Assembly: GCA_964019335.1 (NCBI GenBank)
Contig: OZ025736.1
Location: forward strand, 248,001 to 312,000
Length of the DNA stretch: 64,000 bases
Direction: 5' to 3'
Source of the DNA: Diplonema japonicum
Lineage: Eukaryota > Protista > Euglenozoa: Diplonemea
Part shown: one piece after another, positions 47,216 through 58,705 of the stretch
Numbering within the stretch: position 1 is the first letter of the stretch
Layout: every line of letters begins with the position of its first letter
Position numbers and translations under genes: made by a program
The notes under the pieces: generated by a model
The model's input: only the letters and a program-made list of their open reading frames with translations
Told to the model about the DNA's origin: nothing
The model's database searches: none

Positions 47216-47957
47216 TTTGTTCCCTGGTTTTTTTTTTTGTTTTTTTTTTTTGGAATAGGGGGGGTCATAATAATGAGAGGGTCGGGTATAATAAGAGAAA
47301 CTTTCTCTCTTTTTTTTTTTTTTCCTCTTTCTTTCATTATTTTCCTTTTCTTCTGTTTTTCATTCCTCTGCCATCGCTCTTTGTTTGGTTGTCTACTACT
47401 GGTAAGTTGGGGCCCGTTTGTATGGTGCACAAAGCAAAGGTCTAACAAGCTCTCCCACAGGTGCGATATTTATCGGACTTCGCTACGATAATAGATGCTG
47501 GGGGCACCTGGGCTGAAATGGGTAAAAGTGAGCGAGAAGACAGGGAACGTGGTGTTTTCGCTGAGAAGATTCCTTTATTTATCCCTTTTTTTTTTTTTTT
47601 TCTTATATTCCTTTTTTTTTTTCCATTGTTCTTGAGTGGAGGGTGATCTTTGTTCTTCCCTCCCCTTTGTTTCTTTTTTTTTTTTTCTTCTTTTCTTTTT
47701 TTTTTGTTTTCCTCGTTCCCCGGACGAAAAAAAAATGCAACCCTCAATCAAAGAAGTACTATAATTAAGTGGTGGGTTGCCCCCCCCCACGTGGGAGAAT
47801 TAATGAAAGCCGAATATGAGTTTTCACAAAAAAAAAGGAGGGGTATTTGGAAGGAGGGAGTGTGTGGGAAGGGGGAAAAAAAAGAAAAAAAAAAGAAAGA
47901 AAGAAGTAAATAAAGGGAAAGGGGAAAATTACGTAACAAAAAAAAAAAAAAAATTCA

Positions 47958-49011
47958 TCATTCAGTAGTAGCCGTACTGCGGGCCCATTCAGGCTCGGTT
48001 TCGGGTGATTGAGGGGGTTTAAGGAGCTCTGCTGGACCCCTGTCGCCCTCAAGCGCAGCTGACGCGGCAGAAAACGCCGCGCGCTCGAACTCTCTGATGG
48101 TGTCCGTGTCCAGCCACACCCACTCGTCCAAGGAGCAGAACATGTTTTTGTGGGCATTTAACACCAGATCGTAGATTGCAGATTTTAAAACCGCGTTTTC
48201 GATTTTACTGTGGAAAGGCACATCGCAAACCAACCTGACGAGCTTGTAGGCTGTCATGACAGGGCCTTTAGATTCTTTCCGCCACTCCGGGGACAAAGGA
48301 CCTCGCCCGGTTTTCTCAGATTTAAAGGTACGAGGGTCGCCGACTGGGACCTGCGGTTCCTGACCTTTCTTAGGAGGGGAACTTGCCTGTGTGTCAGGAT
48401 CGGGCCCCACGTGATCGTTGGCTATATCCATGTTCACGACCTTGCGGGTGGCTAGCTCCTTGGCGTCCAGCGCAAAAACATTTTCTTGCTCTCCTCTATC
48501 AGCGTCGTAGTGCATTGACTCTACAGAAATGAATAACCTTGGGCAGAGGTACGACTGCCTCGACGTGTACAGCTGTGATAGTTGGGGGGGAAAAAAAAAT
48601 CTTTTTTTTTTTGTATACCGTTAGGACATAGGGGAACGAGTTCCAGCACCTCTCTTCCACAAATTTTGCGTCCTTCGGCAGCACTGCGTTTACTATTTTT
48701 GGTAGGTTCTTCCCGAAATGGATCTCCTTCAGCGTGCGCTGTGCGCCGTGGGACGCCAGCTCGGCCCTTTTCGGCAACCTTCCGTGCACCTCCACGTTCG
48801 GGTTCTCCCCCTCCATGGGATGGTTCTCCTTCACAACCACGCCTGCGTTCCCCCCCGCTTTCGTCGACACCATCGTCGCCACTAGCGAACTCTTCGCGGT
48901 TGCGTATATTTGCCCCCTCCTGTACTCCTCCAAGGACAGCGGCATCGTAAGCCTGTACTCCACCACCACGTTGATCTTCTTTGGGAGTTTGACAAGCTGG
49001 GGGTCGGCCAT
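47958..49011 (-). CDS. Phosphatidylinositol transfer protein (START-like PITP family); intron 48573-48618
   Basis: EYRLTMPLSLEEYRRGQIY, EERCWNSFPY, FKSEKTGRGPL and MTAYKLV motifs. The two ORFs join in phase 0 (YVLT|LYTS). Confidence 0.92.
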
Positions 49012-49469
49012 CTTTCTTTTTTTCTTCTCTAATTTTTTTTTTGGGGGGAGCGAAAAAAAAAAAAAAAAAAAGAAAGAAAAAAAGAGGAAGAACCCTCTAT
49101 ATCCCAATACTACAAAAGAAGAAGAAAGAAAGAAAAAAGACACTGTAAAAACCGATAAAAAGTTTGAAACGGAATATTTAAAAAAAAAAAAAAAAAAAAC
49201 TTCCGGGTGTTTGTAAGCCATTCGGTGTTCTTTTCGCCTTAGCAGTCGTTTTTCTCAGTTTCGGGCTGAGAAGAAGCAATTATCGACGGGACGAAAGCAG
49301 TACAGATTCGGAAGGGGGACATTCTCATGTACCCTTTTGTCTTTACATTCGTTCGGGTATTTTATCGGTTTTCTTTTTACAGCAATTAAGAAAGGTGGAA
49401 AGGTTAACGGGAAACGGGGATGGGGGCAAAACATAAGAGAAAAAAAAAAGCATGGAAATGCCATAGGCG

Positions 49470-50231
49470 CTACGCTGCAGAGGGATCAGTCAGGACAAAG
49501 ATCTTTTTTATGAGCTGCTTGAAGGTGACCGTGGGGGTCTCGATCGATGAAGTGAAGAGCCGCACGTCGTCCATGGTGGGGGCATTCTGTTGATGCGCTC
49601 TTCGAGAAGTCTCGTAAACGGAGGCCTGGAGCGTGTTGTGGAGGAGGGAGGTCTCGATGTATCCATTCCCTTCACTGTCCAGCTCCACGAAGAGCCTCTC
49701 GACAGATGCAAAGAAAGGCTCATACTGCAGACAAGCGTAGATTCCAGCTGCAAACTGTTTAAACGGGACAATGCACGTCTCGGACTTTCCCAAGATTTGC
49801 AGCACGGCTGTCACTATCTCAGGAGGGAAGTCAGTACACAGCAAACCCAATAGCCTTCGCATGTCTTCGCCTGTGATGCCCACTCCACCGCCCTTTCGTT
49901 CATCAAGCGTCCCGTGTGCCGCAACCAGATTGTCCCAAAAACTCATCCTGTTCAGTGATGTTAGCCGCACGTATCTGTAACTCCTGACCAACGGGCTCGT
50001 GCCTTGTATCACATTCTTGAAGTAGTCAGTAATGAACGCAATGGGGCACCCTGGCCTGTTCTCCAGCAGCAATGTTATCACGTCTTTCAGGTACGCTGTG
50101 ACGCTGAACTTGTCCAGGTATTCCTGCGGGGTCAGCTTTGTCAGATCGCTGCTCGACGGCAGCGGTGTGGTGCTGTTCGCAACTGATAGTGCCGAGCTCC
50201 TCCCTTGCTTCTTCTCCTTGTCCCTTGACAT
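49470..50231 (-). CDS. Tubulin polyglutamylase complex subunit-like protein (TPGS1/CSTPP1 family) with RIIa-like docking domain and EF-hand
   Basis: EYLDKFSVTAYLKDVITLLLENRPGCPIAFITDYF (docking/dimerisation), LLGLLCTDFP, EF-hand DSEGNGYIE. Confidence 0.72.
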   Translation of the reverse strand: MSRDKEKKQGRSSALSVANSTTPLPSSSDLTKLTPQEYLDKFSVTAYLKDVITLLLENRPGCPIAFITDYFKNVIQGTSPLVRSYRYVRLTSLNRMSFWDNLVAAHGTLDERKGGGVGITGEDMRRLLGLLCTDFPPEIVTAVLQILGKSETCIVPFKQFAAGIYACLQYEPFFASVERLFVELDSEGNGYIETSLLHNTLQASVYETSRRAHQQNAPTMDDVRLFTSSIETPTVTFKQLIKKIFVLTDPSAA

Positions 50232-50295
50232 CTGTGTGTAATGGCGGCACCTGTTTGAATGAAGAGAAGCGGCAGGCACTGCAGTGAAACATGGA

Positions 50296-51543
50296 TCAGT
50301 GATACTTAAGCCAGTCACTCTCACTCAATGCTGTACGAGGCATGTACTCCCGGCGTTTTGAAGGCGGTTCTTCTTCATCCTCACCTGCGGTGGGTTCCAC
50401 CTCCGCGTCGCCTTCCTGCAGCATGGACTCGATGAACGATCGTTTCTTCGAGCATTTCTGAATGTTGGCCTCCAGTCTGAACTTTTTAGATCCGGAGAGG
50501 TCTGCCAGTTTCTGTTTGTAAGACTTTTCTACAGGGCGGCTTAAGATCTTTACATGTTTTGACTCTTCGGAAGGCTTTTCCTTGCCGCCTGTGGACACAA
50601 GGTTCATGTGCTGCTGCTCCTGCACCAGATGCTTGTGGATGTGGCCGTCGATCATAGGCCGGATCATCGCTGCAGTGTAATGCTGCGCGAAGTGTGCCAC
50701 CACCCTGTTGTAGGCATCGGCAGTCGACGTCCACTTGACGCTTGGGAACAGGCAGTCCCACAGCACCAAGCCAGAGTCGGGCGCCATCATGTAGCATGGC
50801 TTGGCGGGGCACGCTCCCTCGACATCAAGCAGCTTGCTGACAAGATCGACATCTTCAAGCCCCTCACCAATTGCGAACAGAATGGCAGTCATGCAGCGCA
50901 CCTGGTGGTACAAAAAGGCAGTGCCTGTTATGGTCAAAACGTACACTTCCTCCGAGAGGCCCGGGGCGGCCTTTGAAACTGTGAAGGAAAAGATTTCCCG
51001 CACGAAGTTCGACACGTTCACAACATCAAGCTTCGCAAAGTTTCTGAAGTCGTGCTCGCCTACAAGGAGAGCGGCTGCTTCCTGCATCCTGCTTATGTCT
51101 TTGGCACCCTTTAGGAAGAAGTACTTGTAAACTCTTCCGGAGCACGTGAAGCGTGCTGAAAAGTCATCGGAAACGTGAGACCACCCTGTGACGCGGATGT
51201 CCTCAGGGAGCACCCTGTTCAGGATTCCTACATAGTCCATGTCTCCGTCCTTGTTCACCCGCAGGTTGCAGGCTGCCACTTGTCCCAGTGCTGAAACCCC
51301 TTTATCAGTCCTTCCGCACCTGCTGTACATGTCAGGCATTTTTTCGTCCTCTCCGATCAATCTTACTCTCTTCAGGCTTGCAAAGAGCTTCGCCTCCACC
51401 GTCTCGTCAGTGTGGTCCTGCGCTGCGAGGCCCTGGTACGCCGTACCTATGTACGAGAACTTTAAGGCGATGTGGCGGCGGTCGTACTTCGACATGTCAA
51501 AGGCACGGCCTTCTGTTTGCTTCTTCTTCTTCTTGTCCTTCAT
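50296..51543 (-). CDS. tRNA pseudouridine synthase, TruA family (Pus3/Deg1-like)
   Basis: IALKFSYIGTAYQG, catalytic SRCGRTDKGVSA, FSARF, GEHDFRNF and AFLYHQVRCM motifs. Confidence 0.93.
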   Translation of the reverse strand: MKDKKKKKQTEGRAFDMSKYDRRHIALKFSYIGTAYQGLAAQDHTDETVEAKLFASLKRVRLIGEDEKMPDMYSRCGRTDKGVSALGQVAACNLRVNKDGDMDYVGILNRVLPEDIRVTGWSHVSDDFSARFTCSGRVYKYFFLKGAKDISRMQEAAALLVGEHDFRNFAKLDVVNVSNFVREIFSFTVSKAAPGLSEEVYVLTITGTAFLYHQVRCMTAILFAIGEGLEDVDLVSKLLDVEGACPAKPCYMMAPDSGLVLWDCLFPSVKWTSTADAYNRVVAHFAQHYTAAMIRPMIDGHIHKHLVQEQQHMNLVSTGGKEKPSEESKHVKILSRPVEKSYKQKLADLSGSKKFRLEANIQKCSKKRSFIESMLQEGDAEVEPTAGEDEEEPPSKRREYMPRTALSESDWLKYH

Positions 51544-51796
51544 CCCTTATTGAAAATCGCCTGAGTGTAGAAATTCAGTTTGGAAGAAAAAGAAGAGAGG
51601 CTTTTAAAAAGACCAACAGAAAAAAAAAAAAATGAAGAAGAAAAAGAAAGCGTTAATAGATGGGTTACCAAAAGGATGGGGTGGTGGGAGGGTGTTTTTT
51701 TGCTCTTTTTTTTTTGTTGTTTCTTTTTCTTTTTTTTTCTTTTTTTTTTTTTTTGCTTCATATTGTTTCTAAGGCGCGCAAACACAGTCGCCGTTT

Positions 51797-53899
51797 CTAC
51801 TTTTTAATCTTTTGCTTCTCAAGCCGGTCGCGTTGCTTCTGCATCAGCGCGATTTCTTTGTCGTTTCGTTTTTTGTGCGGCAGCGAACGAGACACTCGGA
51901 TGTATGAGTCTAGAGCCGCAATGGCACTCTTTTGAAGAAGCTCCAGACGGGGGTTTGAAGGGTTGTCAATAAGACTCATCTCCTTGACCAGCATCCTGCT
52001 GAGCAGCTTGGAGCACAGCGATAACACGAAGGGTTCTGCGCCCTTACCGTTGTCCTGCAGGTGGGTCAGCAGCTCCAAAGCCCGTTCCGTGAACTGCTTA
52101 ATCTGTGCTCTCCTCGAAACCCCTTGCTTCTGCAATTCCTCGGCTTTGTTCACCATGAAGTTCGCCATACGAAACAGGGATGCCCAGTAGTCAGCGATGA
52201 CAAGGTCCTCCCAGGGTTCGCGGGTCACACGATGCACACCTTCCTCTACTTTGCTTTTGAACGTTTTGCTGATGTCGCGCATGTACTTCACGTGCCGGTC
52301 ATCTGACCACTCTTGCAGGTCGGTGTTGCGAATGAACTCGTCGGCCATCCCGATGGGGATCTTCGAGTACTCTCGCTGCCACTGCTTGTCACCCGGAACC
52401 AGGTCGTACGCAAGGTACACTGCCCTGTCGCTGTTGGCGTTGAGGAACTTCAACGCGTCAAAGCCGCCTGGTGTCGGGTTGTATGAAGTGCCTGGGAAGA
52501 CGACATTCTTGTGGTGGCGCTTCGCACGTGGGACGTACCATGCTGCTCGCATGAGCTCAAGGTCGAAGTGGTGGACGTCCTTGCGGGTGTTGTGCACGCA
52601 CCTTGCGTACCGCACGGAGTTGGTGAGGATGTCGCCCTTGCTGATGAGGATGGAGTCGTCGTCCAACGGTGCCAGCATTGTCTGAGCGAAATCCAAGATG
52701 ATGCTGTTGTCGCTGTGGTCCAACGCCTCCCAGTTCCCCGTCACGTGAAGCGCGGCAACGGACACAGCCACCACCATGATGCTGGCATCGGAGGCCACAT
52801 GGCGCAGCACGGGCAGCTTGTCCACAACATCCTGCACCATCCCCATGCCGCTCCCTACGAATATACATGCCAGGAGGTACGGCTGCAGCCAGAAACGTTC
52901 CTGAACACTGCGGAACAGGTCGGTGTCGAGCGGGAGGTTCGTCAGCTTCCCGAAGAACAAGATGTAACACAGCCACATAACAAGGAGGAGAGATGTAGTA
53001 AGCCGTGTGCGGGTAAACACCAGACCACCCACAATACCACCAACGATGCCCACAGCAAGCAACACATGAGGCATCTGGTCAGCCGTGAAGGCGGCATAGT
53101 CAGTGACGGTGTTCATGAAGTCAACCTTTGCGTACCTAGCCCTGCTGTTGGCAAGGGAGAAGGTCCCGTATTCCATGCGAAGCATGTGAACGAGGAGGCC
53201 TTTGATGGTGAAGACAGCGCCCCATGTGTTTTCGGACTGCACAAAGTAGCTTGAGATGACAAGCTGAGAGTAGCAGACAACGATGACAGCCGCAAGGACG
53301 AGGGCTGAGAACAGGACGGTAAACAATTTCTCTTTACGAGGAAAGGAGTGGAAGGCGAAGCAGTGTGCGATGGTCAGCAGCCCGCCTGGAGCGATAAAGA
53401 TGACAGATGTTTGCTGGTTGGCAAGTGCGAGGCCGGAGAAGAAAGCTGTCAGGAGAAGTGTTGGGGTGGGGTGCAAGAGCTTGGTGTAGTAACGAAGCGT
53501 TATGTTGAGAAGTATACTGCAAAGCAGGTTGTTCAGAGCGAAGACCTCTGCATGGACCGAGTACCGCCACATCCCTGGCGAAAGGAACTGGCACAATGCA
53601 GCTATAAGAGCGGCACCACCCCACCCTCCTGTCAGGGCTAACACAGTGTTGTGGGTGAAGCCAACACTCAGGCCTCCTGAAATACCAGATACTAGCCCGC
53701 CAGTGCCGCCAAACCTATTCACGATCCACACAAGGGTCACCCACAGTGGGTATCCGGGAGGATGGGCAACACCTCCTTCCCACGCGACACTTAGTAGCTC
53801 ACCACTGTCGCCTCCGCCCACAGTCTTGCTGGCGCACATTGACAGCACGATGCTGCATGTTATCCCTACTGCGATAGACGAATATGTGGAAATATGCAT
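51797..53899 (-). CDS. TMEM260: TMEM260-like (DUF2723) GT-C protein O-mannosyltransferase
   Basis: GGGDSGEL...GGVAHPPGYPL, AEVFALNN, HMLRMEYGTFSL, ERFWLQP and GDILTNSVRY motifs. Confidence 0.9.
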   Translation of the reverse strand: MHISTYSSIAVGITCSIVLSMCASKTVGGGDSGELLSVAWEGGVAHPPGYPLWVTLVWIVNRFGGTGGLVSGISGGLSVGFTHNTVLALTGGWGGAALIAALCQFLSPGMWRYSVHAEVFALNNLLCSILLNITLRYYTKLLHPTPTLLLTAFFSGLALANQQTSVIFIAPGGLLTIAHCFAFHSFPRKEKLFTVLFSALVLAAVIVVCYSQLVISSYFVQSENTWGAVFTIKGLLVHMLRMEYGTFSLANSRARYAKVDFMNTVTDYAAFTADQMPHVLLAVGIVGGIVGGLVFTRTRLTTSLLLVMWLCYILFFGKLTNLPLDTDLFRSVQERFWLQPYLLACIFVGSGMGMVQDVVDKLPVLRHVASDASIMVVAVSVAALHVTGNWEALDHSDNSIILDFAQTMLAPLDDDSILISKGDILTNSVRYARCVHNTRKDVHHFDLELMRAAWYVPRAKRHHKNVVFPGTSYNPTPGGFDALKFLNANSDRAVYLAYDLVPGDKQWQREYSKIPIGMADEFIRNTDLQEWSDDRHVKYMRDISKTFKSKVEEGVHRVTREPWEDLVIADYWASLFRMANFMVNKAEELQKQGVSRRAQIKQFTERALELLTHLQDNGKGAEPFVLSLCSKLLSRMLVKEMSLIDNPSNPRLELLQKSAIAALDSYIRVSRSLPHKKRNDKEIALMQKQRDRLEKQKIKK

Positions 53900-55447
53900 T
53901 TTTTTTTTTTCTTTTCTCCTCTTTTTTTTCCCCCCCCTCCTTTTTTCTTTTAGTTTTATTTTTTCAACTGGGGTTTTCGACGGGGAAAAAAAAAAAAAAA
54001 AAACCCATATTTTCGGGCAAAACTCCATGTTCCAAAAACCCTTATTTTGGCGATGTGGGCCCATTTCGAGCCTAATTATTTTTCACTACTTTGTGTGCTG
54101 GCCTTACCCGTTGGCGATCAGGTAACTCCCCCGGATACTATGTATTTTGGTTTTTTTTTTTTTTTAAACTTTTAAAGAAAGGGAAAAATAAATAAGGGGG
54201 GGGTGGGGTGGGGCTGAGAGAAAAAAGGAAGGGGAAAGGGGGGGGGGGTTTTAAAGGAGGTGGAGAGGGAAATAATAAAAAGAGAGGGAAAATGGGGTAA
54301 AAAGAAAAAGGGAGTGGAAAGGGGGGGGGGGGGGGGGATGTAGAAGGGAATAAAATAACAATGACAATATAAAGTGTAACCGGAAGGACAGAATTAAAAG
54401 TTTGGCAGGGACCTCTTTTTTTTTCAGTTTTTTTTTCTTCTTCTCGCTTTTGTTCCCCTCATTTTCCTGTTCTAACACATTCTTTTTCTTTTTTTCTCTT
54501 TTTTTTTTCTCCCTTCCTTGCCTCTTGCCCAGTACCCTTTACCTTACAATTGACACTCCCCCCCCCCCCCCCCCCCTTCTTCCTCTACAAAGTTTCGAGC
54601 CTTTCTCAAGGGTCCGACCCCTTCTTATTCTTTTTTTTTTTTTGGTAGAATTAGAAACAACAAAGAAAATTGAGAAATGTCAAAAAAAAAAAAATGTGTT
54701 AAAAGACCAGGAATAAATAGGTGGTAATTTGGATGACAAAATTAAAATGGGGACATCTTTTTTTTTTTTCTTGCACAGATAAAAGTTGAAATGAAGAAAA
54801 GAGGGGGGGGGGTCCTTTCTTTTTTTCTTTTTGCTTGTATATAAAGTAAGAAGTATATTCACATTCAAAAAAAAAAATGGGTTGTTCTGTGCTTTTCCAT
54901 CTCGTTCTCCCTGAGCTTCAAACTTGTGTGAGCAGTAGGAACTATCACTCGGCCCTGGGCTCCCCAAGCACACTCCATACGCGCACTTTTCTTTCTTTTG
55001 CCAACAGGGATGAAGAAAAAAAAGGGAGGGGGTAAACTTCTGTCAAAAAAAGGAAATGGAACGCTAGCTATGTAGAGAGAGAGAAATATTTTTACAGGAA
55101 AAAAAGAAAAAAACAGGGGGGGTGAAACGGTTCACAGAAAGGGGACGGGGGGAAAAAAAAGGAGAGAAAAAGAAAAAAGAAATTAATGAAAGAGGGAGAA
55201 AGGTGAGGAAAATAGGGAGGGAAAGAGGTATAAAAAAAAATCTAAAACCTCTTTTTTTTTTTTCTCTTTTTTTTAAAATAACTCTTTCCCCCTCTTTCCT
55301 CTCCCCCTTCTTCTTTTCTGTTTTCTTTTTCCCCTCCCCTGATTTTCCCCAATCCCCCTCCCCTTTCCACTGTACAGTCTTTAAAAAAAAAAAGAAAATT
55401 CTCTCTTTTATGTAAATATCATTTTTTCTCCCCCCCCCCCGCTTTCC

Positions 55448-56015
55448 TTAGAACTCTGCAAACATTGCTTGCTGTTCTTTGGTAAGAGGTGCGCTACGAT
55501 CCTGTGGAGGGTTTTTTTTTTTTTTTAATTTTCCTTCTCGCCCCCAACAAACCTCCTTTGATTCTGGGTATCTCTCAAAATTAGAAGTGTCGCCAAGCCC
55601 CTTGGTGTTGATGGGAATTGGTGCGGGGTACTGCAGAGCCAGAAGTTTCTCCCAGTTGGCTCCCTTGAAGTAGGAGTGGGATTTGATGTCCTGTGAACCG
55701 CCCTTGAGCGTTCCCAGACGCTTCGTATGGTCGGTCTGCAGAAGCTGTCTGATGAGGTCTTTGGCACGGCTGTCGAACCAGTTGGGGAACTGAACCCTGC
55801 CTTCCAGGATTTTCTCGTAAATCCTGAACGGGGAGTCGTCAAAGAAGGGCGGGTAGCCAGCGTTGAACTCGTAGAGCAGGATACCCATGGCCCACCAGTC
55901 TACTGCCTTACCGTGCCCCTTCGACTGGATCACCTCAGGCGCGAGATATTCGGGAGTCCCACACAGAGTGAAGGTGCGCTCAGGGACTCTCTTTGCGAAA
56001 CCGAAATCGGTTATC

Positions 56016-56048
<33 letters not shown>

Positions 56049-56560
56049 CCCTCTACCTTAACATGCCCCTTGTCATCAAGAAGCAGGTTCTCAGGCTTCA
56101 AATCTCTGTAAATGATGTCTTTGTTGTGGATGTACTCGAATACAAGAACAAGCTGTTTTTTTTTTTTTTTTTTTTCCCTTCACACCTCTGCGTGGTAGAA
56201 TTTCGACACATCGTTGGGGAATCTTCCTGCGCTCCTGAGATGTGTGAACATTTCGCCTCCGATAACGTATTCCAGCACGATGTACAGCTTCTTGTCGTCT
56301 TGAAAGGTTGTCACGATGTTCACGATGAATGGGTGCGACAGTTCAGCCAATAAGCTTTTCTCGGCAAGGATGTGCTGCACCTGCTTCATCTTTATGATTT
56401 CTCTTTTCTTCAGGCACTTTATTGCGTAGTAAGCGTTCTGCCCTTTCAGTTTCGCAAGCCTCACCCTCCCAAAACTCCCAGTACCCAGCGTCTCCTTCAT
56501 ATCCAGGTCTGACAGCTTCCAATTGGAAGTGTCGGGTTTTTGGAACGTGCTCTTCGCCAT
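55448..56560 (-). CDS. PKAC: Protein kinase A catalytic subunit; introns 56153-56185, 56015-56056, 55502-55552
   Basis: [17 protein letters not shown], spliced VK|[21 protein letters not shown]-terminal FxxF. The N-terminus ([10 protein letters not shown]) resembles kinetoplastid PKA-C. Confidence 0.96.
56015..56056 (-). other. Poly(A)-filled GT-AG mini-intron (42 nt, phase 0)
   Basis: GTAGAGGG-A31-TAG; splicing gives GHVK|ITDFG. Confidence 0.95.
56153..56185 (-). other. Poly(A)-filled GT-AG mini-intron (33 nt, phase 0)
   Basis: GTGTGAAGGG-A20-CAG with an in-frame TGA; splicing gives FYHAE|LVLVFEY. Confidence 0.95.
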
Positions 56561-56641
56561 TTCTTTTTCTTTTTTTCCCCCCCTTTTTTTTTTTAGGTTT
56601 GTCCCCTTCCCTTCCTTTTTTTTTTTTCTTTTTGCAAACTG

Positions 56642-56672
<31 letters not shown>

Positions 56673-57484
56673 CAACAATAAAAAATTTGGGTGAAGGGAT
56701 AGTGGGAGTAAAGAAGACGGGGAGCGGGGGGGAAAAAAAAGAAGAAGAAAAAAAAAGGATGATCATGCCTACTTTTTTTTTCTCTTTTTTTATTTCCCCC
56801 CTTTTGTTCTCTTCTCATTAAAAAGTAAAGATAAAAAGAAAAAAACAACAAAAAAGAGGGGGGGATGGTATAAATGTAATTTGGATGGAAATAGCTTTGA
56901 ATTCTTTTTGAAAATCTTTTATTTCTTTTTAATCTTTTTTTTTTTAAATTCTTTTTTCAAGATAAAAAGAAATTCATTGCGCGTGGTTTTCTTCTTCTTG
57001 TTTTTCGTTTCTTTTTTTTTTTTCCCCCTTTCAGTACCCTGAATAGGAAAAATCAAGCAATCAGCAAAAATATAGCACAAGGGAAGATGATGTGCCAATT
57101 GTGTTTTACTTTGTGGGTAAATTTATTTTTAAGAAATTGTCTCTCTTTTTTATTTGTTCTCTCACCTTTTTTTTTTTTTTTTTTTTTTTTTTTTCCCACC
57201 TCGTAGTTATTTTCTTCTTTTTTTTTCTTTCCTCCTTCCCTGTACTCTGTTCCCCTCTCCCCCTAGATCTGTCAGTCTATAGGGGTATTGTATTCACAAT
57301 ATAAAAAAAAAAAAAAAAGATTGAAGGAGAGGAAGGGGGCAGGAAGAACATCATCTAACAATTATATGTATCTCATTTCTCTCCCCCCCCCTTTTTTTTT
57401 GCTATATTGATGTTCTTCCTATTTCCGATCACTTCGATTCCCACTCTTTTTTCCCTTCTTTTCTTTCGCAGAAAATTCCGTTTG

Positions 57485-57518
<34 letters not shown>

Positions 57519-57810
57519 GAATTGTGTAAACAATACCCTGACATGAGAGCAAGAGGAGGAGAGGGGAGAGGAAAGAGAGATACAGGAAGGAAAAAAAAAA
57601 AAAATAAACAGAAGAAGGAACGCATGAGTAGGATTTTTTGTCATAAAGAAATAAGCCAAATATCAGGGTGGGGAAGTAAATCACAAAAAAAAATTCCAAA
57701 AAAAAAAAATGATGGGGAAACGCAGTGGTTAGCAGCAACCCACTAGGAAAAAAAAAAAAAAAAAAAAGAAGAAATAAAAACGTGAGATGTCATTTCATTT
57801 TTTTTTTTTC

Positions 57811-57841
<31 letters not shown>

Positions 57842-57874
57842 AGGCAGAGAAACAAAGCACACGAACTGAGGAAC

Positions 57875-57905
<31 letters not shown>

Positions 57906-58039
57906 TACGTGGCACACAGAAGCAAAAAAAAAAAATATGTTTAAATATAGGGTAATACTGTAAGGATACTGTGGAAGGGGGAAAGAAATGGAGGAAAGTT
58001 TGGCAAAAAAAAAAAAAAAAAAAAAAAAAAAGAATTGCC

Positions 58040-58705
58040 CTAGAACCTTGCACAGGACTCGCGCCAGGCCTCCGTGGCTGCAATTCTTCTTTGGTAGGCT
58101 AATAGTGCGTCCGTAAGACCAGACACAGATCCAACCGCTCGGACACCTATCATTGTTTTTCTCCCCCCCCCCCCCCCTCCCCCACACATACGTTCATCGG
58201 AAAGAGTTTCAATAGCCTTTCGGTGCCTAGTAGCCTGGATGCTGTTGCATGACTCTATTCTGTAAGAAGTCCCTTTTTCAAGGAGAGACTCATATGACTC
58301 CGCACGTACACCGCCCCTGCGGTTGACGGTGACCTCGCGCTTAATAGTCTTTTTTTTGATCTCCAGGTTGCGATCAGCAGTCGAACTGTAAGATTTCAGA
58401 CTTCGGACAACACCCTCAAGCCACACTCCTCGGACGCTGCTGGCAGCAGCAAGATCCATGGGTTCGAGATATCCTGTAATAATGTCGAAAAGCTCCGACA
58501 CTGCCCACCACGTGCAACCCCGGAGCCTCTGTGTCCCCCGCTCTGTCGCCAGCCACCAAGCACGGTCCACCATGGCCGCCTCCGTTTTGCACATCTGCCT
58601 CTCTTCTTCCTCCTCCACTTTTTCACCTTCCCCACACCAGGTCACCAACGCACTACCCGCTGCGGACGCCATAGCCACTGACACCAACAACTTTGTTTGC
58701 CCCAT
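58040..58705 (-). CDS. F-box-like protein; probable intron 58147-58191
   Basis: SELFDIITGYLEPMDLAAASSVRGVW fits an F-box. A 45-nt GTATGT-G-run-A-rich-TAG segment looks like an in-frame intron. The start is uncertain. Confidence 0.6.
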   Translation of the reverse strand: MGQTKLLVSVAMASAAGSALVTWCGEGEKVEEEEERQMCKTEAAMVDRAWWLATERGTQRLRGCTWWAVSELFDIITGYLEPMDLAAASSVRGVWLEGVVRSLKSYSSTADRNLEIKKKTIKREVTVNRRGGVRAESYESLLEKGTSYRIESCNSIQATRHRKAIETLSDERMCGGGGGGGRKTMIGVRAVGSVSGLTDALLAYQRRIAATEAWRESCARF

